A DNA stretch of 64,000 nt, taken from contig NC_052164.1 of assembly GCF_902713615.1 (NCBI RefSeq), positions 19,394,114 through 19,458,113 of the forward strand, written 5' to 3'. This DNA is from Scyliorhinus canicula (lineage: Eukaryota). Below the pieces are notes generated by a model. It was given only the letters and a program-made list of their open reading frames with translations. It was not told the origin of the DNA and did no database searches. Both the position numbers and the translations under genes were made by a program. Within the stretch, counting starts at the first letter, position 1. Every line of letters begins with the position of its first letter. Shown piece by piece: positions 36,757-48,482 of this stretch.

Positions 36757-37654
36757 CCATATTGTTATTATACTGCTGCGGATGGTATAAAGACGGATTG
36801 ACGCCACTTCCTGATTGCCATCACAATTATTGCACCACAGTTAAAGGAAGGCTTTGTATATCAGGCAGCACGGTAGCACAGTGGTTAGTACTGTGGCTTC
36901 ACACTGCCAGGGTCCCAGGTTCGATTCCCTGCTGGGTCACTGTCTGTGCGGAGTCTCCCTGCGGAGTTTGCACATTCCTCTCACAGTCCAAAGACGTGCA
37001 GGTTAGGTGGACTGGCCATGTTAAATTGACCTTAGTGTCCAAAAATGCTAGGTATGACTCCAAGTAGTGAAGAGTTCCACCCGGATTTCCATTGACTCCA
37101 GTCTTGCTAGGGCTCCCTGTTCCCACACTCAGTCAATTGCTGCCTTGATGTCAAGGTCACTCACTCTCATCTCATATCACATATAATCTATCAACGCCAG
37201 CAACTCAATTGTTAAAATAGATATAACAGACTCCTCAGCAACTTTGGAAAATGCTGGAACTCCATCCATGTCTGATAACCCCTCTGTGGTCTTTGGCTCC
37301 TTTCTGACTTCGAATGTAACTAAAACAAATCCACACAATTACTGTTGTGCCAATCCACAATCCTTTTACCCATTATTCTGCTGGTCAATCTGAGAGTAGA
37401 TTTTGTAGCGGGCAACATTAATCTTTATATCTAATTCTGTTAGTTTAATAATTACTTTTCCTGAATCTGATAAAGTATTTGTTGTTGTTTAATCTGTTTC
37501 CAAATATCACCATTAACCCATGTTGACTTAAATTTACCGTCACCATTCTTTTAATCTGAGGGAGATAAGTGAATTCCTTGCCCAAATGTATAATTCCATT
37601 TGTCTCCAGTACCATAGTTGTTGTTATCTAATAGTCAATATCTTTCTAATATTG

Positions 37655-38000
37655 TGGCGACACGGTGGCGCATGGTGAGCATTGCTGCCTCACAGCGCCA
37701 GGGACCCGAGTTTAATTCCAGCTTCGGGTGGCTGTCTGTGTGGCGTTTGCAAGTTCTCCCTTAGTCTGCGTGGGTTTCCTCCACGTGCGCCGGCTTCCGC
37801 CCACAGTCCAAAGGTGTGCAACTTAGGTGGATTGGCCATGCTAAAATTGCTGCTTAGTGTCCAACAATGTGCAGGTTGGTGGTATTATGGAGTTACCGGG
37901 AAAGGGTGAGGGAGTGGGCCCATGTAGGGTGCTCTTTCAGTGGGTTGGTGCAGACACGATGGGCCAAATGGCCTCCTTCTGCACTGCAGGAATCCTATGG
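37655..38000 (+). mobile_element. HE1-type long V-SINE (diverged); a partial copy lies at ~36863-37050
   Basis: Head, V-domain and CR1-type tail. Confidence 0.75.
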
Positions 38001-39219
38001 TTCTATTACCTTTAGCAAATGAAGACAGTGGGTTAATTTTAACTCTGCACAAGTGGAAATTTGAAAAATAATTCAAGTCATTTAAATTTTATGAAAATTA
38101 CCATAATATAGCCATTTTCCAAACAATTATATTGGCAAGCTGTGATTTGGAAAGAAGTGTTTGTACTCATTCAGCCAGTACCCCAGGCTGGTTTGACCTT
38201 TGATTATAGAATTTAACTGTCCCAACATTAATAAGTTAAGAATTGTCTTAAACAAATTGACAAGAACAATTAGAAATCATTTTATCTCCACTCATTGTAT
38301 TAACCATTTTATCCATTATCTCCTGTTAATTGAGTTCCGGGGTGTTGGGCAGATTTTGTAGTTGACCACGTCACAGATCAAATTACCTGAGTGAATTTCT
38401 GTTTCGCATGCTGTGCATTCCAATTAATTCAACTTTCAGTCAAATCACACCAAATACAGGGAGTAACACAAAACCTCTAAAGAACATTTGTGTCATTCAA
38501 AGAACTGTTTACACTATTGGAAATCTTCCATTATAATTAAAAGCAGTAAAGATTACAATAGGAAGATTTCAAATGTTATTTCACAGCACCTTGCCGAGTA
38601 CTATTTTCTGAGTACGGCACTGATCACAGCAAGAATATTGCAGGGAAAGGGTAACTTTGGGTAGAAGGATAGTGATGGATCCAATTCAGATCTTCACATG
38701 ATTTACAACCAAGAATTAATAACTATTTTTGGCCTAAAAACGAATGAGTTTAGAAGAAATGAGTTAGAACAATAAATGTTCTAATTTGGGCTTTTCTCAA
38801 CCTTTTAAATTCTGTTTAGAACAGCATAGCGGTTTACCTAAGCATTGCAAATTGTCCTGTTGCTAGATTGCTATGCTTTGCAGCCACGAAGCATACCAAT
38901 TTCTACCCCAGTGTTATCAAATGAAGTTCCTCCTCAAAGAATCTCAGAGTGGGAGATAGATTAATATCAGCTCGTGTCAGCGGACATACTGTGAACTCTG
39001 AGTCATAAGACTGGTGCTAACTCTGCATTAGGATTTGAACACGTAAATCTCGGTTAACACTTAAGTGCATTAGTGAGGGAGTGCTGCAGTGTCCGAGGTG
39101 AGGAGTGCAATCAATGTAAAGGATTCTGGTGAGAAGTGCAATCAATGTAAAGGATTCCACTAGACAATGTAAATAGGGCAGGAAGACCACGATGTGCTTT
39201 GGGCAATATGCATTTTTTA

Positions 39220-39563
39220 TCATAGAATTTACAGTGTAGAAGGAGGCCACTCAGCCCATCGTGTCTGCACTGGCTCTTGGAAAGAGCACCCTACCCAAGG
39301 TCAACACCTCCACCCTATCCCCATAACCCAGTAACCCCACCCAACACTAACGGCAATTTTGGACACTAAGGGCAATTTATCATGGCCAATCCACCTAACC
39401 TGCACATCTTTGGACTGTGGGAGGAAACCGGAGCACCTGGAGGAAACCCACGCACACACGGGGAGGATGTGCAGACTCTGCACAGACAGTGACCCAAGCC
39501 GGAATCAAACCTCGGACCCTGGAGCTGTGAAGCAATTGTGCTATCCACAATGCTACCGTGCTG
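39220..39563 (-). mobile_element. HE1-type long V-SINE
   Basis: Near-identical to 14826-15178. Confidence 0.85.
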
Positions 39564-40631
39564 ACCACCAAAAAATGATTAGGCCAATTTACCTGGTCCA
39601 TAAACTTGGGAACTAAGTGCCCTGCAGGCAGAAGGCCCCCAAAAATGGGAGGCATCATGATTGCAGCGTCTAAACCCCTCTACTAAAGCCTCGGGATTCC
39701 AGGTGTTTTCCAATGGGGATGGAGGTGTGGATTGTTCCTGGTCTGCTGCTTCTATTTCCATCCACTAAAGCTTTCTGGATGCCCAAGAATACTGAAGGTC
39801 AAGGAGAACCGGCACTGTAATCAACGTTGAGCTCCAATGACTGGAAGGCTAGCGGAGGTCCCCGGGCAGGTGAATAATTACTAGATAAAGCGTTTCTAAT
39901 TGTTCCCTGCCTTCAACAAAAGTTTGGATTTCAACCTGGATTATTTGATCATTGATCTGCAATTGGCAGCCAGGAAATCCTGAGCACCAGGGCCAGAGAA
40001 GGGCCTGCAGGTCTCAAAGTCCCACAGCTGCTCCTGGACCTCTTGCCTCCACCACCAGTGCGAGGCCATGCCAGAGCGGGACCACTAGCTCAAATGCAGA
40101 AGCTCGAAGGGCTGAAGAGGTGCACTGCTCCTGTTTAGTGTCTGGGCTGGGGACATTCAGAAGATCGGTACTATAGGGTGTGATTTAAGGGGGGGGGGGG
40201 GGGAAATCAGAGTCCACTTTTGGGTACATTTAGTGGGTTGTTTCTCAGTGGCTGCAGTGCTGAGAAACACCCAGCTATTCAACAGCACTTTGCCGTTTTG
40301 TTGGGCCTCAGTGAGGAACTTCCTGTCGAGGCCGCGATGACATCATTTCCTGTACTGATGAGCTCAACACGCTAGTGCAGGAAGAGTACTCGTGGATCGG
40401 GCCCTATTTTTAAAGTCAGGCCCGATCTTTCCACCCCCCTCACCCCCCCAGCTACCCCACCGCAGCCTCTGGACCACCACACTGCACCCAAACTACCTCA
40501 TCTGGGCTCTTCAAGCCCCCCCGCCCCATCTCATAAGGGCACCCCTGGCATGGGCACCCAGGCACCTTGGCACTGCCAGGCTGGCAGGGGCACTGCCATA
40601 GTGCCACCCAGGCACCCTGGTAATTCCAGGA

Positions 40632-41401
40632 TGTATAGCCATCTAAGATGGTCACCTGCAATGGACCATGGGAATTATGGCCAACCCAGGACTCAGACAG
40701 ATACAGAGCCTATGTGTATCTGAAACACAGGTAACCAGACCTGATCGAAACCTCTGCTCGTTTGCATTTTAATGGCCCATTTTCCCAGGACAATAGAACT
40801 CCAATCAAGCAACCAGTACAGCCACAGACTGATCAGCGAAACTCCCCTTACTCAGAAAGCCCAACTGCCAAGGTCAATGACCGCTAAGGCCACCTAGGCA
40901 TCCGCCCCTTTATTAGCCGAAATCGAAGCCCTGTCGAACTATTGGGTCCAAGGTTAAGGACCGCCCCAGAGGGATAAAAGAGAGTGCAGCCATGTGTTCT
41001 GTCTCTTTTGGATCCGGCCTGTGCCAACACAATTGTAGCAGGAACAGCCAGCCAAGTTCCAGACCGATGATCGCTACCTGACAGATGAGCCCAGCAGAGA
41101 CAGAGCCACTTTCTTCGAATGAGCCAAGTGAAATCCAGATAATGGCCTTATCCATTTGCACAGTGCCGGTCGCCTTGAAGTTAAGTATAGGTTAATGTAG
41201 CTGATAGATGTAGTTTAACTCGTAGTAGATATTGTGTTTGCATGTTGAGATAACTCTTGTGTATGTTTATAAACCATCTTTTGAACTAACTAACCGGTTG
41301 TGTGGTCACTTGATCGATATAAGGGAAGGCTTGTGGTTCACTAAGATAAATAGAAAGACCCACAGTATTGGCGACGCTGTTGGGACCAAAACAGAGCAAC
41401 A
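40632..41401 (+). mobile_element. LTR-like insert (~770 bp)
   Basis: TG...CA ends, GC boxes, ATTGG and GATAAAA (TATA-like) at ~40900-40980; interrupts the GGCACTGCC repeat array. No clean TSD. Confidence 0.5.
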
Positions 41402-41657
41402 GGTGGCACTGACAGAGTACCCGGGTGGCAATGCCAGGCTGGCAGTGCCACGGTGCCCTGGTGCCAACAGAAGTGCCACCCTATCCAGAAGCCAACCATC
41501 TGGGGGGCTCCAATGTCCTGGGAAATGCCCCCCCCCCACCAGGTACCATCACGGCTGGTCCAAGTTAGTGTGGACCAGTACTAAACTGCACCTATTTGAG
41601 GCCTCACTGGGGTGGCCATTAGTTCCTGGGTCCCCGGGGGAATGCAATGCAATGCAA

Positions 41658-41998
41658 GGGCAGCAGGGTAGCATGGTGGTTAGCATAAATGCTTCACAGC
41701 TCCAGGGTCCCAGGTTCGATTCCCGGCTGGGTCACTGTCTGTGTGGAGTCTGCACGTCCTCCCCCTGTGTGCGTGGGTTTCCTCCGGGTGCTCCGGTTTC
41801 CTCCCACAGTCCAAAGATGTGTGGGTTAGGTGGATTGGCCATGCTAAATTGCCCGTAGTGTCCTAATAAAAAGTAAGGTTAAGGGGGGGGTTGTTGGGTT
41901 ACGGGTATAGGGTGGATACGTGGGTTTGAGTAGGGTGATCATGGCTCGGCACAACATTGAGGGCCGAAGGGCCTGTTCTGTGCTGTACTGTTCTATGT
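41658..41998 (+). mobile_element. Young V-SINE subfamily with CR1 3' tail
   Basis: Matches 35581-35931; tail matches the CR1 3' end at ~62205-62270. Confidence 0.88.
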
Positions 41999-42808
41999 AG
42001 ACATAATGGCTCATTTAAATGTGCTGATCTGGATCATGCCCAGTGGGAGCGTAGGAACCCTCATGAGAGGACACTCACGACATTCAAAGGCCTCGTCGTG
42101 TCACCAAATCAGTCACATTGAGGCCGGTAAATCCTGTCCATTATCTAGCTACTTATCTCAGTCACTTTTGGTGCAAATCCTCTGCACATAATCACGTTGA
42201 CTACACTTCACAATTTAGTAATTGGCTGCAAAGTGCTTCAGCTGGTCCATCCGAAGAGTGATAAGCTCTGTACAAATGATCCTCTTTTCTTTCTTTTGCT
42301 GTTTAATTTCAGCTAGGAACTGACTTCAAGAAAATATTCAATACTGAATTGTCATGCCAGAGAAATACGTGTCTCCAACTTTTGTGAACCCATTACGGCA
42401 CATCAAATTAAAGAACAGGTTGAGTTTTGCACTCTAAGTGGCCTGTAAAGGACATCATCAAACTGCAAACGTTACACACAAATTATACCTAGATCATGTA
42501 CAGAGTTCAATAAAGCAATTTACAAGTACAAAAGTAAAATGTTGCCCCAGATGATGGAAATAAAAAACAGAAAATGTTGGAAATACGCACGAGATCTCAC
42601 AGTGTCTGTGGAGGGAGAAGCAGAGATATTGGGTGAGATTTTCCAGCCCTTCCCACTGCCAGTAGCTTTCAGTCCCGCCGAAGGTGACCCCCCTCCTCAC
42701 CCATGACGGGTTCCCCAGTGGCGGAGTGGGCGAGCAACATGAATTGGCATTGATTTCAGCAGGACCGGGAGATCCCGATAGCGAGATACCTCCGCTGGAG
42801 GAATACAT

Positions 42809-43123
42809 NNNNNNNNNNNNNNNNNNNNNNNNNNNNNNNNNNNNNNNNNNNNNNNNNNNNNNNNNNNNNNNNNNNNNNNNNNNNNNNNNNNNNNNNNNNN
42901 NNNNNNNNNNNNNNNNNNNNNNNNNNNNNNNNNNNNNNNNNNNNNNNNNNNNNNNNNNNNNNNNNNNNNNNNNNNNNNNNNNNNNNNNNNNNNNNNNNNN
43001 NNNNNNNNNNNNNNNNNNNNNNNNNNNNNNNNNNNNNNNNNNNNNNNNNNNNNNNNNNNNNNNNNNNNNNNNNNNNNNNNNNNNNNNNNNNNNNNNNNNN
43101 NNNNNNNNNNNNNNNNNNNNNNN
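42809..43123. other. Assembly gap (315 N)
   Basis: Run of N. Confidence 1.
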
Positions 43124-45302
43124 CCTTGCCCAGTGTCTCAGACTGTTGGTAGTTCATCAAAACGTTCTGACAAAAGGTCATTGACCCGAGGCGTTGACTC
43201 CGTTTTAAGCAATTTCACCATTTTCTGTTTTTTTGCTTTACATCAGTTTACTAGATTTTCTGATAGTTTAATGGGTCAAATGCGGCATTCATTATTGAGT
43301 AGCACAAATCCTGACATTGATGCAGCTATGATCTCAATCAGGGTAGTGGTGCGATGATTAAACAATCAATTCTAATGAAAGATATGAAGTGTGAATTCTT
43401 AGCCTTCCCTCACCCACTGCTGAGGCTTGCACATTTGTGACCATTTGGATAAGGCAGCTGCCACCAGGGAATAACACCCCAGCATGAAGCAGCAGCAACC
43501 TTAACAACTTGTATTTATATAACACATCGAATGTAATAAAACATCCCAAGGTGCATCACAGGAGTGTTACCAAATAAGATTTGACACTGAGCCAAAAGGA
43601 GATATTAGGACAGATGTTGAAAAGTTTGGTCAAAGAGGCAGGCCTTAAGAAATGGCTTAACAGAGGACACAGCTGCCTTGAGGATTTATAAAACAAAAAA
43701 CTTTCAAATAAACTGGCTTGGAAGAAACAAACACGTTGCTGATTCTAGCTGGGTGCGAGAGGTTTTTGTAGAACGGGTTAGTGTGCAACGCAATATAATT
43801 TACAAAACTAACATCTGGATGTTCCTGCTGGCTCCGAAACTTTATTCACGTCTTTCATTTTCATTTTTGACTTTTCGTACGAGATATGTGACATACAGTT
43901 CACTGATTTAAATCACAACTTCACTTTATAATTATTTTCATTGCAAACACCATCTTTTGCAACACCTCATCTTTGACATATCCATTTACAATTGTTAGTT
44001 CTATTTCTTTGTCAGCACTATCTCAACCTTTTTTCATCATTCATCTTATCATTGCTTGTGCAGCCCGCTCTTATTTTTCTTATCTAAATTGATTAAACAT
44101 GTTTACCAGAGGGACATTGCATCTTTTTTTTCTTATGCTGCTTCGGTTCTGGAAGTCCATCTTCTTTTTTGCTTGTTTCTGCTTTTATTGGCCTCCTTCT
44201 CCTTTAATTTCTTACTTCAATTTCCTCCGGGTGCTCCGGTTTCCTCCTACAAGTCCCGAAAGACATGCTTGTTAGGTGAATTGGACATTCTGAATTCTCC
44301 CTCAGTGTACCCGAACAGACGCGGGAATGTGGCGACTAGGGGTTTTTCACAGTAACTTCATTGCAGTGTTAATGTAAACCTACTTGTGACAATAATAAAG
44401 ATTACTATTATTTTACAATCTCCTTGAATTATTATTTTAATTGGGTCGTTTTATTTCACTTTCTCTTCAGTTCTGTCTTCCCTGAAACTCTGAAGCCAGC
44501 CTCTAACTTGCCCCTGGTTGCTCATTTAGACTGATTTCTATGGTGCATGGAATCACTGTTCAGCTTGAAATTTACTGTTAAATTCCATATTACCAACCAT
44601 CACCTATTTCCAACTTCGAAACACCACCCACCTCCCCCTTCACCTCATCCGTTGATGAAAACTTCATTCATGTCTTTGTCACCTCCAGAATCAGTTAATC
44701 AAGCATCCTGCTTGCCATGACTCTTCTGGCTCACACCTCCTTCACATCCTCCCCTCTCTTCATAATTCATCCTCAGCCGCAGAAACTTCTGCTATCGTGG
44801 CCGCACACTTTGGCATTTTTTTCCAAAACCAAAAGATTTGCATTTATTGTCCCAATGGGTTATAGAGCAATTGAAGTACTTGTCATGTAGGAAATACGGG
44901 AGACAATTTGCACAGAGTCAGCTCCCACCGACAGCAATGAAATAATGACCACAAAACCTGTTTTAGTGATGTTGATTGAGGGATAATTATCAGCCAGGAC
45001 ACAAGGTCTAACTGACCTGGCCTCCTTCAAAATAAAGCCATAGGATCCTTTAATCCCCCTGAGTGGGAGGAATGCAGCCCTCGATTTATGTTCTCATCCA
45101 AAGACATCAGCTACAACAGTTCAGAACTCCCTCATTACTGCTCCGGAATGTCAGCTTCCCACTAACGCTCAACATTCAGTTGTTTTACTTCTGTGAAATG
45201 CTTCGGATCATTTTCATACATTAATGGTGCTTTAAAGTGTGGTTTCACCCCAGTTCCTCCTGATATCCAATGCAAGCAAAGCAACCAGAAGGGAATCAAA
45301 TG

Positions 45303-45677
45303 AAGTCACCATAGTTCCGGATGACCATAGGTTGCTTTCCCCATTGAGGTGATTTAACCTGAGGATCACCACACCTCAGGCAAGGGGCAAGGTTGAGGAG
45401 ATCTAATAACCTCAGCCGCTAGTGAAACTGAACTCATGCTGTTGGTCACACTCTGCATCACAAACCAGCTGTCCAGCCAACTGAGCCAAACCGACCCCAG
45501 CTGGTTTGTGATGCAGAGACCAACATGTGGGTTCAATTCCCGTATGAACTGAGGTTATTCATGAAAGTTCCACATACTCAACCTTGCCTGAGGTGTGGTG
45601 ATCCTCCGGTTAAATCTCCACCAGTCAGCTCTCCCCCCTCAAAGGGTGAAACAGCCTATGGTCATCTGGAACTGTGG
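45303..45677. mobile_element. Two head-to-head copies of a tRNA-derived SINE (family C: ...CCTGAGGTGTGGTGATCCTC.GGTTAAA...AGCCTATGGTCATCTGG)
   Basis: Minus copy ~45303-45497 and plus copy ~45498-45677; other copies at ~46160-46305 (+) and ~60380-60595 (-). Confidence 0.7.
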
Positions 45678-45844
45678 AATCGAATAAGATCATTTTTGTT
45701 CTGATGGCTATTATAGACACAAGTGGATCCCAAACCCTGCATAAAGGTTATTAGTAATCTGGCTCGTGACAGAATGTCAAGCGTCTCTGGAATCCTTTCT
45801 TCATCTCTGAAACACCATGGGGCACATTTAAATTGAAAGTGCTA

Positions 45845-46045
45845 GGGGCGGCACAGAGGCACAATGGTTAGCACTGCTGCATCACAGTACCGGGGACCCA
45901 TGTTTGATCCTGGCTCCGGGTCACTGTCCATGTAGAGTTTGCATATTCTCCCCGTGTCTGCGTGGGTCTCACTCTCACAACCCAAAGATGTGTAGGGTAG
46001 GTGGATTGGCCACGCTAAATTGCCCCTTAATTTAATTATTTTTTA
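45845..46045 (+). mobile_element. Short V-SINE with TSD AATTGAAAGTGCTA
   Basis: Direct repeat on both flanks. Confidence 0.85.
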
Positions 46046-47519
46046 ATTGAAAGTGCTATATCAATATATCTATATCAATATTAAGCTGATATTGGTGCTG
46101 TATTTCCCCATTTCCAACAACATACTGCAAGATCTGTGTTGATGCCTATTAATTTGATTGCAGGTGAGGTTATTCATAAAGAACCCACCTTCTCAACCTT
46201 GTCCCTTGTCTGAGGTGTGATGATCGTCAGGTTAAACCACCACCAATCAGCTCTCCCCCTCAAAGGGGAAAGCAGCCTATAGTCATCTGGGACTATGGTG
46301 GCCTTACCTTACATCACATAGTGTTGTGGTTTCCTCTGATGCACAAACATGGGTGGTTAAGCATGCCTTTCATTGAATGGGGTGAATTATTACCCCACAT
46401 CTAATTTCCCCTTTAAGAGCAAAGAACACCATGTTTCAAATCAACGATGTCATCACAATGCTCAGCATTGACTCAATTACCAGCACACTGTGGGTGCTGT
46501 GTGTACTGCTGCAGGTAACCAAAGCTTCTTTGGAGGCATCTCCCAAACCCATGACCTCCACCGCCTGAGAGGATAAGGACATCAGACTTATGAGAAAGCC
46601 ATCACTTTACAATTTCCCCTCCAAGTCACAAACCATCTCTACTTGGAACCATATCGCTGCTCTTTCATCATCGCTGGGCCAGAATCTTGGAATTTCCTCC
46701 ATAACATTCCCGGCTTGGGTCACTGTCTGTACAGAGCCTTCACATTCTCCCCGTGTCTGTGAGTTTCCTCCGAGTACTCCGGTTTCCTCCCACAAGTCCC
46801 AAATGACGTGCAGTTAGGTAATTTGGACATTCTGAATTTCCCCTCAATGTACCCAAACAGGCAGCCGAGTGTGTCGACTAGGGAATTTTCACAGTAACTT
46901 CATTGCAGTGTTAATGTAAGCCTACTTGTGACAATAATAAAGATTATTATTATCGCTACACCACATAGACTGCAGTGGTTCAATATGGTGGTTCCCCACC
47001 TCCTTCTCACGGCCAATTGGGGAATGGGCATTAAATGTTGGCCTTGCCACCCGTGCCTACATCCCGTAGACGACATTTAAAAAAATGATTGGGATTGGGC
47101 AATGCGTAGTGAGGGGAAATCCCACATTTCCCCACACTGTGGCACTGCATGCTGGTGTTGAACCATTTGGCAGTTTCTATCCTTAACGCATCCTTTGTAC
47201 GTGCACACACAGTAGAATTGTCAAATGATGTCATCTATTTTTACTTCCCATATTTTGGTGCATGTTTTAAATGCCCGTCTTCTTCAAAGCTAATATTTCA
47301 GATGTCAGCAAAAAGAAAATTTGTCCCATTCCATACATACAAACTCCAGCCCATCATTTTAAAAAATCTTTCCAAAAAATGTCACAGTCTCTCTTGGCAC
47401 CTAAAGCCTATTCTTCCAGATGAGTACTTCACAGGGTGTCTTTCACACACTTTTGTGTTAAGTTGGCTTGATTTGCCTTTGACTTAACCCACTCGTTTTA
47501 ATTGAATTATTTTCCAACT

Positions 47520-47737
47520 GGTGGCCCCGCCCAGGGTTTTGCATATCTCCGGGAACACAGCACTGATTGGAGACTCTTTCCTCAATGAGGGAAGCTCCCG
47601 GCTCCTCGACAAACAGCCCTGAGAAAGCAAAAGGCAGTCCGGGCTGGAGGAGGCAAAAGACTGAGCGCAGCGGAGGGGAGCTGTTCTTGCACTTCGGGGA
47701 TTTACTGGTTAGAAAGCGGCAGCACATCGCACAGTAG
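47520..47737 (+). promoter_or_regulatory. Probable RND2 promoter/5' UTR
   Basis: GC box GCCCCGCCC at 47524-47532, reverse CCAAT (ATTGG) at 47566-47570, raised CpG content upstream of the start codon. Confidence 0.5.
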
Positions 47738-47776
47738 ATGAAAAAAGGGACCAGTCACCAGGACCAGGGTCAAACC

Positions 47777-47878
47777 ATGGAGAACCAAACCGCTCGTTGC
47801 AAGATTGTCGTGGTTGGGGATTCGCAGTGTGGGAAAACTACTTTATTGCATGTATTTGCCAAGGACTGCTATCCCGAG
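47777..47878 (+). CDS. RND2: Rho-related GTP-binding protein RhoN/RND2, coding exon 1 (in-frame upstream ATG at 47738)
   Basis: [34 protein letters not shown] with Rnd-type P-loop; Kozak ACCATGG; donor GAG|GTGAAT. Not in the ORF track because it is short. Confidence 0.92.
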
Positions 47879-48394
47879 GTGAATGTTTTTTAAAAATAAT
47901 TTTTCCACTTAAAATTTGAACAGACCACCTGGTGTGTTGAGCAAGTCACATTTTTGCTACGATCCCGGGTTCGCGTTGCCCTAGAAATAAACACAACGAT
48001 AAGAGTGGTTTGTATGAAGTTTTGTCTCGGGTCTGTAATTGATTAACCGCGAAACGACACATCTCATTCCAAACATAATCGATTCTCCTGCTCAGAACGA
48101 TATTCACTTTGAAAAGAATTTCTTAAAGAAAAACCAATCGGGCTTGGGGCTTGTGTGAAAGCTGGTACTGAATTTAGATTAGAATATTTCCTTCTGCGCT
48201 CTTTCCCAAACCATCTCCCAGGTGAAGAACACTTCTGTAGTAAGTTTAAAAAAATAATACACTAGCACATTGTTCAATGAACTGTATTCAATCGATTTGC
48301 CACTGGTGCCTCATTGTTAAACGTAACAATTATTAAAATGCCTGTATATTTAACACAAGACGTTAGTTCTCACGTTGCGTATTTTTAATTCTAG

Positions 48395-48482
48395 AGTTAT
48401 GTTCCCACCGTCTTTGAGAATTACACGGCGAGTTTCGAAATTGAAAAGCAAAGAATCGAATTGAATATGTGGGATACTTCAG
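48395..48482 (+). CDS. RND2: RND2 coding exon 2 (88 nt); exon 3 onward not found in window
   Basis: Acceptor TTCTAG|, [29 protein letters not shown](G), donor CAG|[14 protein letters not shown] is the RND2-type form of the motif. Confidence 0.93.

Larger units (their letters stand above)
40176..42140. mobile_element. Decayed Harbinger-like non-autonomous element with nested LTR-like insert and SINE
   Basis: GGCACTGCCA/GTGCCA internal repeats continue on both sides of the 40632-41401 insert; degenerate GGG..GATTTA / TAAATC..TCC termini. Confidence 0.4.

Noticed and set aside
795-39160. Short two-copy tandem duplications (~795-842, ~28580-28640, ~39103-39157) considered as array or CRISPR-like repeats
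   Set aside because: Only two units each, no repeat-spacer periodicity, and the genome is a vertebrate one.
42684-43184. ORFs of 166 and 141 aa
   Set aside because: Artefacts spanning the N gap.
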